Counted from the stretch's first letter, positions 21,525-34,210 are shown. The stretch is 40,161 nucleotides of DNA from Craspedostauros australis (GCA_030167865.1 JALAGF010004754.1:124001-164161), one strand, 5' to 3'. Notes: generated by a model from the sequence alone, not told the origin. A program made the numbers and translations.

Positions 21525-22717
21525 GTTCTACCGTACACGTCCTCGTACTCGTCCTTATCGCAGTTCGAACAATACTTGGCTTCGCCTCAGGAGGTTGGGT
21601 GGGATTCTTTGATGTCGTGCTCTAGTACGCCTTGCTCGCTGTCTCTTTCGGATTGCTCCCTATCAGGTTACACCTCCGCGTGAGTGGACGGCTGGGTGGG
21701 TGCCCACTGCTCTGTGCAACTTGTAATTCTGAATGCTACGTATACGAGCGTGGAAGTTTGTACGGAAAGGGACGATGTTGATTCAGCGCAAACTGTCTTT
21801 CAGCACCTCAAGGCCGCACAGTGCTGGTGTTGCTGCTTCTTGTACGAGTCTGAAGCGCTCTGGACAAAGAGAGAGAAAGCGAGTAGAGTATGTCTACCTG
21901 TGCCGTACCTTGACGTCTCTGGAGGAAGTCGGTTGTTGTGTCGCCTCTTGTTGCCTCTTGTTGCTGTCTTCTCTCTACACCCCTCTCGGCCTCTCTCTCT
22001 CTCTTCTGCTGTTATGTTGCGCTATGCCACGAGCACCCGTGTGTATGTTGTGTATAGCACGTCTTGTCTTCGTGTGGCTTTGTATGGCTTCGTGTTGCCT
22101 TGTGTGCCATCTGCTCCTCTCTGTGTGCCTTCGCCCTCTCGGTGTTGTTTGTGTGGGCAAAGCGCGTTCGGCCTGGGGTTGAAGCGACACACATCAATCT
22201 GTCCTTCGGTTGCCTGCCCGCGCCATGAGCATGTCACGAACGCCACGCGTACCGCAAACAGCCCCGCGTGGCGGAGAGGGAAAAAGAGCCGAATCGTGTC
22301 ATGGTGTTTGTTCGGTGGCACTGCGCGATGTGCACAAAAAAAGGCTTCAAGGGCGCAAAAAAGAACGATCGAATTTCATCATGATAAAAAGCTATGTCAA
22401 CGGGTGGAGGCCAGACGTGTATTCTGTTCTCGTGATTCAGAATAGGTGTTGTCGGGACCACGATTCCCCAAAAGACGCGGCAAAATAGAACAACATTTAA
22501 TTTTGGAAACAAATGAAACGAACGCAGAATCTGCGCCGTTGACTCATCATCACACCGAAGCATTCTCATGCAGATCCCTGTGGTCTCCTCTCACATCGCT
22601 CAATCAAGAGGGCTCCCCAGACCTTGTTGCCTCATACTTTCTGAACTCCACACCCACCAGCACATAATACGGTCCTAATACAGCAGTTCCCATAGCTACA
22701 CCATACTCCAGCGAAGA

Positions 22718-23377
22718 ATGAGGCAGTGCGCAAAGCCAACCGCGATATCTTCCATCATCGGCATGGCGCTTCTGCTGGCATTCTCCACCTTCGCGGTGCG
22801 CACCAACGCGTTCGTGATGCGTCCCGCCAACTTCGCGTCACTGACGCGTTCCGCCACTGCCCTGCAGGAATCCACGGAAAAGGCGCAGGAGAAAGAGCTG
22901 CTGCCGCCCAAGGCTGTCTCCGACAAGGTGTTTGCCACCGACAACCGTCCCATCATCTTGTTTGACGGTGTTTGCAATCTGTGCAACGGCGCCGTCAACC
23001 TCGCATTGGACTGGGACCCCAAGGGAAAGCTGCGCTTCGCCGCGCTGCAATCCAACGTCGGCCGATCGTTGCTGCAGGCGAATGGCAGAAACGGGGATGA
23101 TATGAGCTCCATCGTTCTGGTCACCGAAGATGGCGCGTTCATCAAGTCGGATGCCGTCCTCAGGATATCGGAAGCCTTGACGCCGTTGTCCTTGCTTCCG
23201 CTCAAGCCGGTCTCTCGGTTGGGACGGTACGTCGTTCCTCGATTTCTGCGCGACATCATCTACGATGGCGTGGCCGACAATAGATACGACATACTGGGAA
23301 AGCAGGACCAATGCAGATTCGATGCGGATGGCGAATACGAAGATCGCTTCGTCAACGATGAACTTGCCTTGCGGTGA
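22718..23377 (+). CDS. DCC family (DUF393) thiol-disulfide oxidoreductase, probably plastid-targeted
   Basis: IILFDGVCNLCNGAV (DxxCxxC), LRFAALQS, IKSDAVLRI, LRDIIYDGVADNRY. N-terminal signal peptide ending RTNA/FVMRP. Confidence 0.92.
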   Translation: MRQCAKPTAISSIIGMALLLAFSTFAVRTNAFVMRPANFASLTRSATALQESTEKAQEKELLPPKAVSDKVFATDNRPIILFDGVCNLCNGAVNLALDWDPKGKLRFAALQSNVGRSLLQANGRNGDDMSSIVLVTEDGAFIKSDAVLRISEALTPLSLLPLKPVSRLGRYVVPRFLRDIIYDGVADNRYDILGKQDQCRFDADGEYEDRFVNDELALR

Positions 23378-23731
23378 GAGTGTACGAGGTAATCGGCGCA
23401 CCTCCACTCCAGCCACAAGCAGAGAAGAGCGTACAGTCCTCTGCCTGGGTGGTCTGGTCGCACGTGTCACTATCAAGGTACCACGCATCCAATACTCTTC
23501 ATGAAGTTGAACTCTACTTGTAGAACCAAGACTATGCACACACATACCATGCTCCAAAGAATCCGTATACTCGTTTCGCAAAATGACCGCTTGCTACAGC
23601 TGGTCACATCACTCCATATGCGTTGGGTTGCGTTGCGTTGCGCTGACTTACGTAGATCTAAGTCCTGGTCGGACCTGGCAGGATCCTGGCAGGACCCTAG
23701 CATTCTTATGGTACAGTTGGATGTTCCGGTC

Positions 23732-26700
23732 TCATGCTCCCACTCCCCCTCCTTCGAGTCCTCCTGCTGCTTCGCCAGCATAGTGGAGTGCGGTGGATGG
23801 GATGCGGACAGTGTTCTTGTTCATGTGCAAGTAATTCGGGTACAACCCGTACTGCGCACGGCGTCGCTCAGGGTTGTGGAATGAGCAGAATCCCACCGGA
23901 ATGTGCTGCACGTCCGATGGCTGTTTGTCGTAGACGCCATGGGCAAGCAAGGCTCTGCATTTCACCACGCGAAGGCTGAACTTGTGCAGTTCTTTCGCTT
24001 CGTCTTTGCCGCCCTTCTTGCTGCCGCTCCCATTGCGACTGCCTCTGGTCCGCATACTATTGCGCCTTCTCTCGTGGCTGTTCTCAGCCTCGGCCTGCTT
24101 CAGCAGAGACGACAGCACCGCGCACATGGGATGAAAGAACACGCGGCATCTCGCCGCTGCGCACTTGATCAGGCCACCGCCGTCAGCATTCGGAGCGCAT
24201 ACCGGGTCTTGCTGCTCAAGGAGCTGCCCATGGCCACCGATGCCGCAGAGGGCGCATCTTTGCTCAAACCGAATGTGCGGGAATCGGGGTGCAGCCAATG
24301 CCTTGCCCGCCCACACGCGGCATGTGTCATGCGTCCATGTTTTCTTCCCGCTAGCGTCGACGGAGACGGACATCGAGCCGCCGGTGTAGGGGCAGAGAGA
24401 GCAAGCCTCTGATGGCCTGTTGCTGATGGAGGCGTCTGATGATCTTCGTGATGATCGGTACTCCACTTGCGAATCCTGGAGCCGGGCCGGTATGCGAGAC
24501 GATCGGCGGCTCTTCCGCTGAGGTGCGTGAGCTCGCGCGGGGCCCGCATCTCCCTCGGCTGGTTGCACCCGATCAGCGCAGATTGTGCAGGTCCAATCCG
24601 TCACCGTGCTGCTCGTCGAATCGGATGGTGCGACTTCATTGTCCTGCTTCCATACGTGGGATGCGCTTGAGGAACACTTCGAGTGGACCGTCATGCCACA
24701 TCTACCGCATGCTAGGGTATCGCTGGCTTGATCGATTGTTGCGGCGCAGGCAGACCAGCACACCGCGCATCTCGCAGTTTGCCTCGTCGCGGAAGGTCTG
24801 CAGGAGTCCGTGATGAGTTCATGGATGTCCAACGAGTTCGCATCGAGGAGGGTTCCAGGGTGCGTGCAAACCACGCTCTGGGTGCACGTGACGTCGAGCG
24901 CACTGTCCAAGCGAGGTTCTGTGAGCACGATGCTGTAGGATTTGTTGGACGAGATGAGCTGTCGTGACGACGACGATGACGACGTGTTGGTGGAATGCTC
25001 ACCTCTTTTCTTCTTCTTCTGCTGCTGTGCAGCTTTGAGAATATCTTGCTTGATGCTGTGGACGAAGGGCTCGGTGTGAAGCTTGCATTGCAGCGCATTT
25101 AAGCTCTGGCCGATGGGTTCCTCTTGCTCCAGCGCGATGCAATCCTTCTCCCATTTCGCGTCTATCAGGTCTCCATTGATCCTTATGGAGACCTTGATCT
25201 GGCGAGGCCGTTTGTGGCCGTTGCTGTCCAGCCGTTCACCAGTCAGGCAGGAAACGTAGGCGACCTTCTGGTGTGGCTGGTGGGGCATCTTGTGAGTCCA
25301 AACGCGCCTGATCCTTCCGGCCTGCACCTTGTGGTGGCTTTTGGCGGTTGGGATGCTATCGTAGTCGTTTCGGCAGTTGTACGATCCCAGCTGATGCTCA
25401 GTCTTCTTCGCTAACGCCAATGGGCCGAATCGGCCGACGTTGATTTCTTGTGGGAGCTGTGCATTGAACACCAGAATGCTCTTTTCCTGCGGGAACACGG
25501 ATACGCGGCTGCTTGTATTTGCGATCCTGATAGAGATACGGCGTTTCCGGATGAACGGCTCTTCATTCTCCTGCCTTTGGCGCTTCCTCTCTTGATTGCA
25601 GTTGAAGCACTGGAGCGCGACAGTCCCCGGAGGTGGTCCATCCAAAGGGCCATGTGCCAGTTGCGGACCTTCACCGTCCCTAGCGTCGTTGCTCGCGTTG
25701 GTATTGGTATCGGCGCCAGCGTCAGCGTCGGAGCTAGTCTTGAAATTGATGTCGATGATCGCGCCTTCAGCGGAGCCTTCGGTAGGACCGCGAGCGTCGA
25801 CCATCATGGCGTCATCCCTGTCGTTGTCGTTGTCGTTGTCGTCCCCGTTGTTGACGTTGGTATCGTTGGTGCCGGTGTTGTTGTTGCCGTTACCGTCATC
25901 CTGGCCGCTGTCATTGCCATCAACTTGCAGCGTGCCGCTGCTTCCCATCATGCGGAAATTCGCCCTGATTGGTTGGTGTGAAGGCGTATACTCGGTTAGC
26001 TCCACGACGCCGACATCGAAGTCTCGTCTCACAGCGGCCCGGTAGGGGTGTTTGGAGTTTGTGAACGGGTGCTTGGATGTACTTGTCCTCATCTGACCAC
26101 CATCGAATCTCCCGTACCCAAGTGGGCCGTTGGTCATGGGCGAGAATTCGGATTCGCTCGCAGCGACGATGATGGGCATCTCGTCAATGTCGCAGGGGAT
26201 GTTTCTGCCCACAGGGATGCCTTTGCCGCGGTGCTGCCAAGGGAAGCACATGGGAAAGACTATGTTCTCGAGGAGGCTGTTGGAATCCTGCATCAGATCC
26301 CTGCGATAACCCTCCTCATCAAGACTGGCAAGGATTGCCGCGCACTCGCCGACAGGCGTTACCTGTTTGTGTTTGTCGCTGGCCACCGTGGGCTGGGCTG
26401 TCCTGTTTGCCTTCGCCGCAACACCAGGCAGCGCTGACGCATTCGCAACATGCTGGTAAAGAAGTAACAACGATAAGGTCAGTTTAATCCAGTTTCAGGG
26501 GAACAGGGCACTTCAATACGATGTTGGGAGCGGAGGAGCGGACGCGCATTGACTTAGAACTTACAGAACGACCTTGCTGCGATGACGGCGGCCCTGCCTT
26601 GGCTTGCTGCGATCTGGTGGAGTGCCGGGTTCTTCGTTTGGGGGTCGTGATGGATGTGCCACCAGGATTCTTGTCAGGCATCTCTGGGCTGGCACCACGG

Positions 26701-26771
26701 TCTCCGTTAGCCCATGGGCTGTTGACAGGGTCTGCTTTGCCATGTTTGCTCTCCATGTTGGCTGCTTTCAT
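23732..26771 (-). CDS. PZP (PHD + Zn knuckle + extended PHD) finger protein (~975 aa); exons 26771-26565, 26452-23732
   Basis: PHD CAVC..CGRCGMTVHSKC..WTCTIC; knuckle CSLCPYTGG..WTHDTC; ePHD CALC..IKCAAARCRVFFHPMCA..FCSFH. Phase-0 112-bp intron 26564-26453 (gtaagt..actgac..ttttaccag). Confidence 0.85.
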
Positions 26772-28002
26772 TATGTTATACTATACACCCCAGGGTTATG
26801 TGCGCCACGTAATACGCACTGATGAGAAGTGGCGATGATGCTGTCCCACGAGCTCTGCGCTGAGAGTACGGATACAGGGTTTCCGTCACCCAAAAACGAG
26901 AATTTTTGCTTCGCCGTCATCTTCGTTTGGGGTTTCGTGTTCTGCAATTGCGTTGTCCGATTTGGACCCAAATCGTGGAAGGCGAGAAGCGTGACGAGTT
27001 GCTCATACTACTAGTGCCTCCCTACACCACGGGTGCACAGCGCTGACAAAAAGTCTCTGCTGTACTGCTCCATGCGTCCCAAGACGCCAATTATCTCGCT
27101 CACCACTATGCACCTCACAACATCGAGTCATTACAATACGAAGAGTGCTTCAACTACTCCATGTTTTGTTGATATCACATCTAGAATACGATGCGATTAT
27201 TACGTGACACGTGCGAGCCGTCGTAGTAAAATATTATTAGTATCTATGGGGAAAACACTGGTTTGGTCTCGCGGTGTTTGGTCTTGATCACACAGTCATG
27301 GTTGCACCTACCGCGTGGCAACACAAATAGAGTGCCACGCACGCCCACAAGACAGCATCTGCATGGCGCAGTAACAGCGCAGAGTGGAATGAAGCACATA
27401 GAGTAGAGCACTATAAGTCAGAGCACGGTGGAGGAGAGCACTATTTGGCGTTGCCTATCCTGTGAGTGCAATTGAAGAAACTACTCTTGCGCATCCGTGA
27501 TGCTCGTTTCAAGCATGTCTGGCCATGCATCCGTCATCCCTCCACGCACTGCCGCCGGTCCCGGAGGTGAGGAAAGCTACTGACATCACCAGCCTCTTCA
27601 GAAAGGCATGCGGGAAGAGAGAGGGAGGGACAACGGCTCCTCTCATTGTGGCTTGTATGTATTCGCACAACCATGCTTGCATTCCTAGCGCCAGTGCTAG
27701 TGGCAATCATCCCTTGAGATGCCCGGCCCTTCACGTTTGATGGTATGTGCTTATGCGTCCGCAAGAGTATGGTAGAGTCCTTTTGGAGTGAATGTCCAAG
27801 CGGACCATTTGGGAGCGGGCGAGCCGTTTGCTGCTGTTGCATGGTATGTGCGCATCAGCAGGATGTTTCTCAGAGGTGCCTCTCTCCGTTGCAAGTGTTT
27901 GCCGTCCATCTTGCTTGTCATGACATCGTGTCGTCTTGGGATATGCCAACGATTCGAGATTCTGCTACAACGCCGTGGTTTGGTTGTGAAGATGGCAGGT
28001 TG

Positions 28003-28003
<1 letters not shown>

Positions 28004-28039
<36 letters not shown>
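28004..28039 (+). repeat. (CATGGG)6 microsatellite with degenerate continuation to ~28057
   Basis: Read directly. Confidence 0.95.
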
Positions 28040-28043
<4 letters not shown>

Positions 28044-30889
28044 AGTATGAGTATGAACGGGGATGAAGGGTTGACTTTGGCATAGAGACTTTGAGTGCTC
28101 TGCTTGGACAAAATACGAAGAGCAGATCATCGTGCCTACTCTGAAGTAAAATGCTCTGGAGTCGATCGTTCATCTCTGCCATAGATTATATTGTTCTTAC
28201 AGAACATAATATTACATATAATACCTAATGCATCATACTAGTTTATGATACCAAAGCAGTGGAGTCTCTGTTTGTGCGCGCACGTGTCATTAATACGAGT
28301 ATGGAGGTCTCCGCTTCATCCCGTCTCTCTGCAAGCACGGTATCGGTATCTCTGCTCAGTTGGTGCCGTTCGCGAGTTGAGCTTTGTGTTGCGCCCACAG
28401 CGCAAAGTGTGGCGGGCACCGAGAAAACCGTCCCAAGTCGCCACTCTGCGATCGTACTCTATTCTTCTTCGGGGTGCTCTGTTTCACTCTTTCCCCTTCA
28501 GCGCATTGTACCATCATGGACTTTGTTGGTGTGAGTCCGGGGTAGAATTCGGAAGTGGCGAATTCAAACACCAACCAACATGGTGCCCGAGTTGCATGCC
28601 GCGTGTTTTTGAAGCAACGGAGGAAACAGAATGTTCTCTGAACACCTCGCTTCCCTCATTCAAACCGGCTGGAGGATGGGATGGTACCATCCAAAATTGA
28701 ATCAGCGACAGTTGTAGTCGTGCATGGTATGAGGTTCGTAGAGTATGTTATACTTCTACTTCTAACAGCGGCAATGCGATGACTGGTGGACAGTGGCACG
28801 GATCGATTTCTGCCACGAAGATGATGATGACCAATGACGATGGGATTTGAAACTGTTGCGCTTTAGAATGTAAACAGTATGTGCAGAGTGCCATACTACG
28901 AGACTCCTCTGATCATGGAGTGCTGGCTGCACTACAGATTCATCTCTAGAGAGATGTGTTTCGTGAGCAAGCAATGACGAGAAAAGAGATACTACGACTA
29001 TTAGAGTAATACGAGCACCGAACCAACGCGAACAGATGGCGACGGTGGCAAATGGTGACACAGACTCGGGCCGCTGTCATCCTCTGGATACGTTCGGTCC
29101 CCGCATGCTTGGTGGAGTGCCATACTCCAATTGTTACATTTCAATTGTTGCGCTCAAGATGCGGATCGTGAAACAGAGGAGGGAAGAGGTTGGGATGTCT
29201 CCCTACACGAGCAAAGAGCCTGCGCAAGGAATACCAACCTTGGCGCGCAGATCCAGCCACTCAGACACAATGGAGCAAGCGAACTGTACGGAAACAACCA
29301 CCGTGTCCGTATGTGCGAGCTCCTCCGCCAACCAATCTGTTGCCACTCTGAGCAGGTATGCTGGCAATTCTGTTCCTCAAGTCTTGTCTTGTCTTGTATA
29401 ATACGCCTTGCATTCGAATGAATAGAGCATCGAACAGGATTAAATTGAATGCGATTGAATTGCGTGGTACATGTATTCTAGTATTCCTATGCAATACTTA
29501 GATTCACTACTCGCACATACTCCCAGATAGGTCATTCAAATATAACATAATGGATTTAATACAAGGGCGCACTGGGGTACCACACCAGGCGTCATACTCG
29601 CAGCTCATCGCATGTCGTGCTCGTGCCTTGAGCGTTGGAGGCGTTGTTCGCGACTGGCCGGAAAATGTGAAGTCGTGAAGAAGCCACAAGAATGGACCTC
29701 GTGTATTGACAAGACAGGCAAGTCATCATGTGATGACCTTGGAGGTCGCACGGCGAACGCTCGTTCCGATCCAAAGCAAGATCGTTGGACGGTTTTGTCT
29801 GTCGTGTAACGCAGGCGATCTCTGTGTGTCAAAACATGATGAGAATCCACCCACGTGAATCCCAGGCATCTGTTTTGCGCGCGATATTTAATGTATATAT
29901 TCATGATTTAATACGATATGTTTTCGGTGAGACACACGATGGCCTAAGTACAGTTTCCACCTTTGTCGTTGCCTCAGCGCACCGAGCAAGCGACAAGCAA
30001 CAAAATAGGGCGCGTGAATTATGTCGGTCTGGCTCTATCACATGGATTCAAAGCAAATTGCAGCCGCTTTGATCCTCCCACCCACGAGGATGTGGTGACC
30101 CGGCTTTTGAATTTATGTCGGCTGGCTCGAGGGTCACACATTGAACATCGGGACGCGCCTGTCGTGATGCTCAATTTCTGTTGAATTCTTGGATGGATCA
30201 CACACCACGCCGATACTATTGCAAAGCGAGGGGTTAAAGTCACGTTGAGGAAACCAACGACGACGTTGTTAACGGCAAAATAATTCGAACCGCCTCGGGG
30301 ACTTGTCCCGGGCTGTGCGCATTGCTGTCCCCTTGCCGCCGCCAACTCCCTCCTCTTTTCAATTTTGGTTTCAGTTTTCTCCCTCTTCGTTCGCTTTTTC
30401 GTGTGTGTGTGTGTGTGCGCGTGTGGCCATTCCCTTCTGTTGGCATCGCCGTGGCGCGTGTTGTCACCGTTCGCCCCTTCTCTCGACCGACCTTGCTCTG
30501 TGTCTGTGGTTGTGTGGTTGTGTGGCTGTGCGAAGGCAGAACACGCAGAGCAAGCAAAATACGGAAACCACCTCAATGCAAGAGCGGACCACCAAGCAAG
30601 AGCAAGGGCAAGAAGCCAACCAAGAAGGCACAAAAACCAAGCAACAACACAGAAAGACACAGGAGCAACGGCAAGAACAAAGACAGAGCAGCCTTCCAAG
30701 TCATAAAACCAATCCCCAGTCTCACCATACAACCACATCGAACATCGCAACAATCACCTTCGCCTCAATCCATTCAGGACGTTCCAGCAACACATCACAT
30801 CACATCACGTCGCAACGCGGACCAACAAAGCAACCAACCACACCCTACCATACACAACGCTACTCATACCTACAACACACATCAGCAAG

Positions 30890-32838
30890 ATGCATTCCGG
30901 ACCTTCACACCACCAACAGCAGGAGCAGCAGCAGCATCAAGAACCTCCACAGCACGGCAAGATGAGGTCGTACAGCACCAGCAACGACTTCACGTTCAAG
31001 CCCATTCAGGTGTGTCGGATAGCAACAATCGGTGGATGATCACGATGGCAGAGCAATGCTGAAGATGATTCGGTTGATGTGGAAGTTGGTGTTTGGTGGG
31101 ACAGGCAATAATCTTGTTGCAGATGCTCTTGGTCGGTCGCAGCAGCAGATGAATCCTCGAAAGGCTCTTGGGGCGGAAACCATTCGAATCTGTGGAGACA
31201 CATGATCGAAGCCACCAAACCAAAGCCCTCTCCAGTTGTCAGTCTTTGCGCGCGGAAAATTCTCCCACCAAAACCGAAATCATCTTGCTGTCCCACCAAA
31301 CCAAACCAAACCAAGGCGAACTCGAGCAATGACACCTGCCTGTCTGCCTGCCTGACAATCTGGCTGACTTGCCAGAAGCAGAGTGGTGCCATACGCATAC
31401 GCGCCCTTTACTTCTTGTCATGACAGCCAGCCACGGTGCCTTGTGGCCAACAAGACCACGCTCTGGTGATGCGCATAGCAAAGCGGCCACCCTTGACACA
31501 CCATGCCACCATGTCAACCCAGACTCACAAAACACATTCTTCTTGCTCATACCTCCACTTGCACTCGTATCCCACAACGTGGCCTCTCCGCTGATGCTAC
31601 AACAAACGACCACGCTCTACTTCACGCCCGACACCACGCGATTGTTGTTCGCAACACGGCCGTCATGAACTGCTCCAAACCACGCCGTCACCATCACTAC
31701 CCCTACAACGATCATCGACATCACGCGCAGCCATGGGAGCGCGTCGCCACGCCAATCCAATCGTTGCAGCAAGTGTCGTTGGACGGCGTCGAGGAGGTCG
31801 TGGAGTCCAAGCCATACGGCATCCACGTAAGTTCTCAGGAGCCAGTGCAGTACATCCCCTCGCTGACAACAACGCTGCCTGCAACCACACCATACGACCA
31901 GTCATCTCACATCCTGCTCTCCGCCTTTCCTTTCGTAACTTTGCTTGAATGGTGACGTCAACCAACAACACACCAACATCCGCACCCAACAACTACTGCA
32001 ACTGCTGTCACAACAACAGGTCACCGTTGATGAGATGCTTTGCGTGTGCACGCAGGACCTGTTCCAGGACATGAAAGAGAGACAGGTGGAGTACGTGTCA
32101 CCAGGCAGCTACGACCCAACCTCGAGCTACCTTCCGTACAGACGGTACCTCGTGGACTGGATGAGCGACGTGGGAGAGCAGTTCAGACTTCACAGCACCA
32201 CCATTCATGTGGCCATCCTGTTCTTGGACAGGATCTTCAGAGCACGCAACATCCCGCGCGGGCAGTGGCAGCTTCTTGCCACGGCATGCATCAGCGTGGC
32301 AGCCAAGTACGAGGAGGCCGAAGAGCACTGTCCACACATCCCAGACCTGTTGCAATTCACGAAGCTGTCTGCCGCAGGTCACACATCCCTCTCTTTCCGC
32401 GAAGGCGAGCTTGAGGTCCTTCGGTACCTTGGCTGGAAGCTGAGAGCCGTCCCGCCGCTGCACGTCGTCGGATACTTCCTGGCCAAGGGCGTCACATTCC
32501 AGGACGACAGTTGGCAAGGACGCCCACTCATCGAGAAGATCCCACGCTACGTCAAGAAGTACGCGGACTTCTTCTGCAACCTCACACTGCAGGAGTACGC
32601 ATTCCAGCAGTACCTCCCAACGCATCTGGCCAGCGCGGTCATCCTCGCATCCAGAGTGGCGCTGCAGATAGAGCCTCGGTGGAGACCGGAACTCGCTCGT
32701 CTCACGGGCTACGATGAAACTGAAATCATGGATGTCTACCAACACGTGTGGTCCTACTTCGAGGAGCAATTCCCAGGGCATGGATCCAGAGCCATCTCCC
32801 CGCGCAGTGTCGCAGCCCCGCTCGACATGTACCCATGA
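30890..32838 (+). CDS. Cyclin, cyclin J-like (~331 aa); exons 30890-31009, 31770-31826, 32020-32838
   Basis: Cyclin box RRYLVDWMSDV..IHVAILFLDR..QLLATACISVAAKYEE..ELEVLRYLGW. Two phase-0 GT-AG introns restore an ATG-initiated frame. Exon 3 is secure; exon 1 and the start codon (30890 or 30962) are less certain. Confidence 0.82.
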
Positions 32839-34210
32839 GGCGTGTCTTCCACAACTTGACGCAATACCAGCGGACATGCAAGGGACGCAAGGGCAACGTG
32901 CGCAATGGCCCATCGTGCTGCACTGTATTGCATGGTATGCGCAGCACAGCACACATCATCCTACGGTAGATCACCCTCAAGGCTTCTCTCCATCTTCCAA
33001 CAGCACAATCCATAAACAAGGAAAGCCGAGACCAACAAGGAACATGCATCCGCCGGCAGCCCCCAGCCGTGAACACTACCCCACCAACACACACACAAGC
33101 AACGGCAAGAGTACTGAACAAGGACAAAAACCATTCCTCTGCTCTGGAACAGGCGAACGGAAAAGTCTGTATTGGAAGCCGAAGGACTGTTCCTTTTGGC
33201 AAATGATGGAGACATTGGCGGTCCCGGAGATTGTCGGGGACTGGACTTTTTCTCCGCTCCGTTGCCCCTTGGACGCTTGGGAATTGGTTTTTGGTGGGCC
33301 GCCGATGATGTTTTTGGCGACCAGAATGTCTCCGACCTCCCACCATCACAAAATTGATGTTCACGAGTTTCCGGCGAACTTGTTTCCGTTCTCGCATCGT
33401 GGCTGCGTCTTCGCGAATCACCACAACAATGAACATCGCCACGAACGAGCCAAACACGAAGGAAACGAAGGAGGAGCGAAATGGAGGCCAATGACAACGT
33501 CGAGACACAAGTTTGAAGCTTGGTGTCCAGTGTCCGCCGCCATTCGCTGAAGGCAGCACTCAAAAACGACAACGAGGTACAGTTTCATGTACGCGTGCTG
33601 ATACCATACATGCCACACACGTATTGCAAGTCCGCACAAAATCAAAGAACATGCGCAAGCACGTACAAGAAGTAAGCCATAACAACAGATCTTTTTCATT
33701 CGAGTCCAACCTTCTTCGTCCTTTTCTTGGTTGTTTACCTCGCAGATTGTGAACGGTATGTCATGGTCCACATTCCAGGTAGATCTTGGTTGAAACATAG
33801 CACATTGGTATTGGTTGGCTCTGGACCTTCGCTTCATTCGTTTCCAGTCTACAACAAAACTGTCGAAAAAAGCCTATTTCTGTCCTGGATCCGTTAGTCC
33901 TGGTTTCATATTGAGTCATGAATGCTTGTTGCGACGTTTGTCCTCCGACACGGTACGTCGAAAGCCCACCAAACACCAACCAAAAAATGCGGTGATGCCA
34001 AAGAGCGAAAAACACACACACACACCATTCGGCTGCTTCCAACAACGGATGTGACAAGAAGGATCAATCCAAATAACGCATGACCCCAACGCAACTTGTT
34101 AGCCGACACAAATCCATCTGACCGGCAGATTCTGACTGTGTCAGACTGCAAGAGCCAGAGACTTCCACCAGCACCACTCGTGCCCTACGTACGTACATAC
34201 TCGTGCGGAC

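Noticed and set aside
28821-28916. C/D-box snoRNA-like layout (ATGATGA ... CTGA with a 4-bp atga/tcat stem)
   Set aside because: The C box lies in a (TGA)n run and I could not recognise an rRNA-complementary guide. It would need snoscan/Infernal support.
28516-29421. Possible small spliced gene (ATG GAC TTT GTT GGT|gtgagt and ORFs at 29036-29421)
   Set aside because: No recognisable domain and no convincing complete exon chain.
31245-31260. E2F-like site tttgcgcgcggaaaa in cyclin intron 1
   Set aside because: Does not match TTTSSCGC exactly on either strand.
31953-31960. TGACGTCA bZIP/aureochrome-type palindrome in cyclin intron 2
   Set aside because: A single 8-mer is expected by chance in 40 kb.
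32714-33572. Overlapping 200-280 aa ORFs downstream of the cyclin
   Set aside because: Low-complexity UTR-like composition, non-ATG starts and no motifs.
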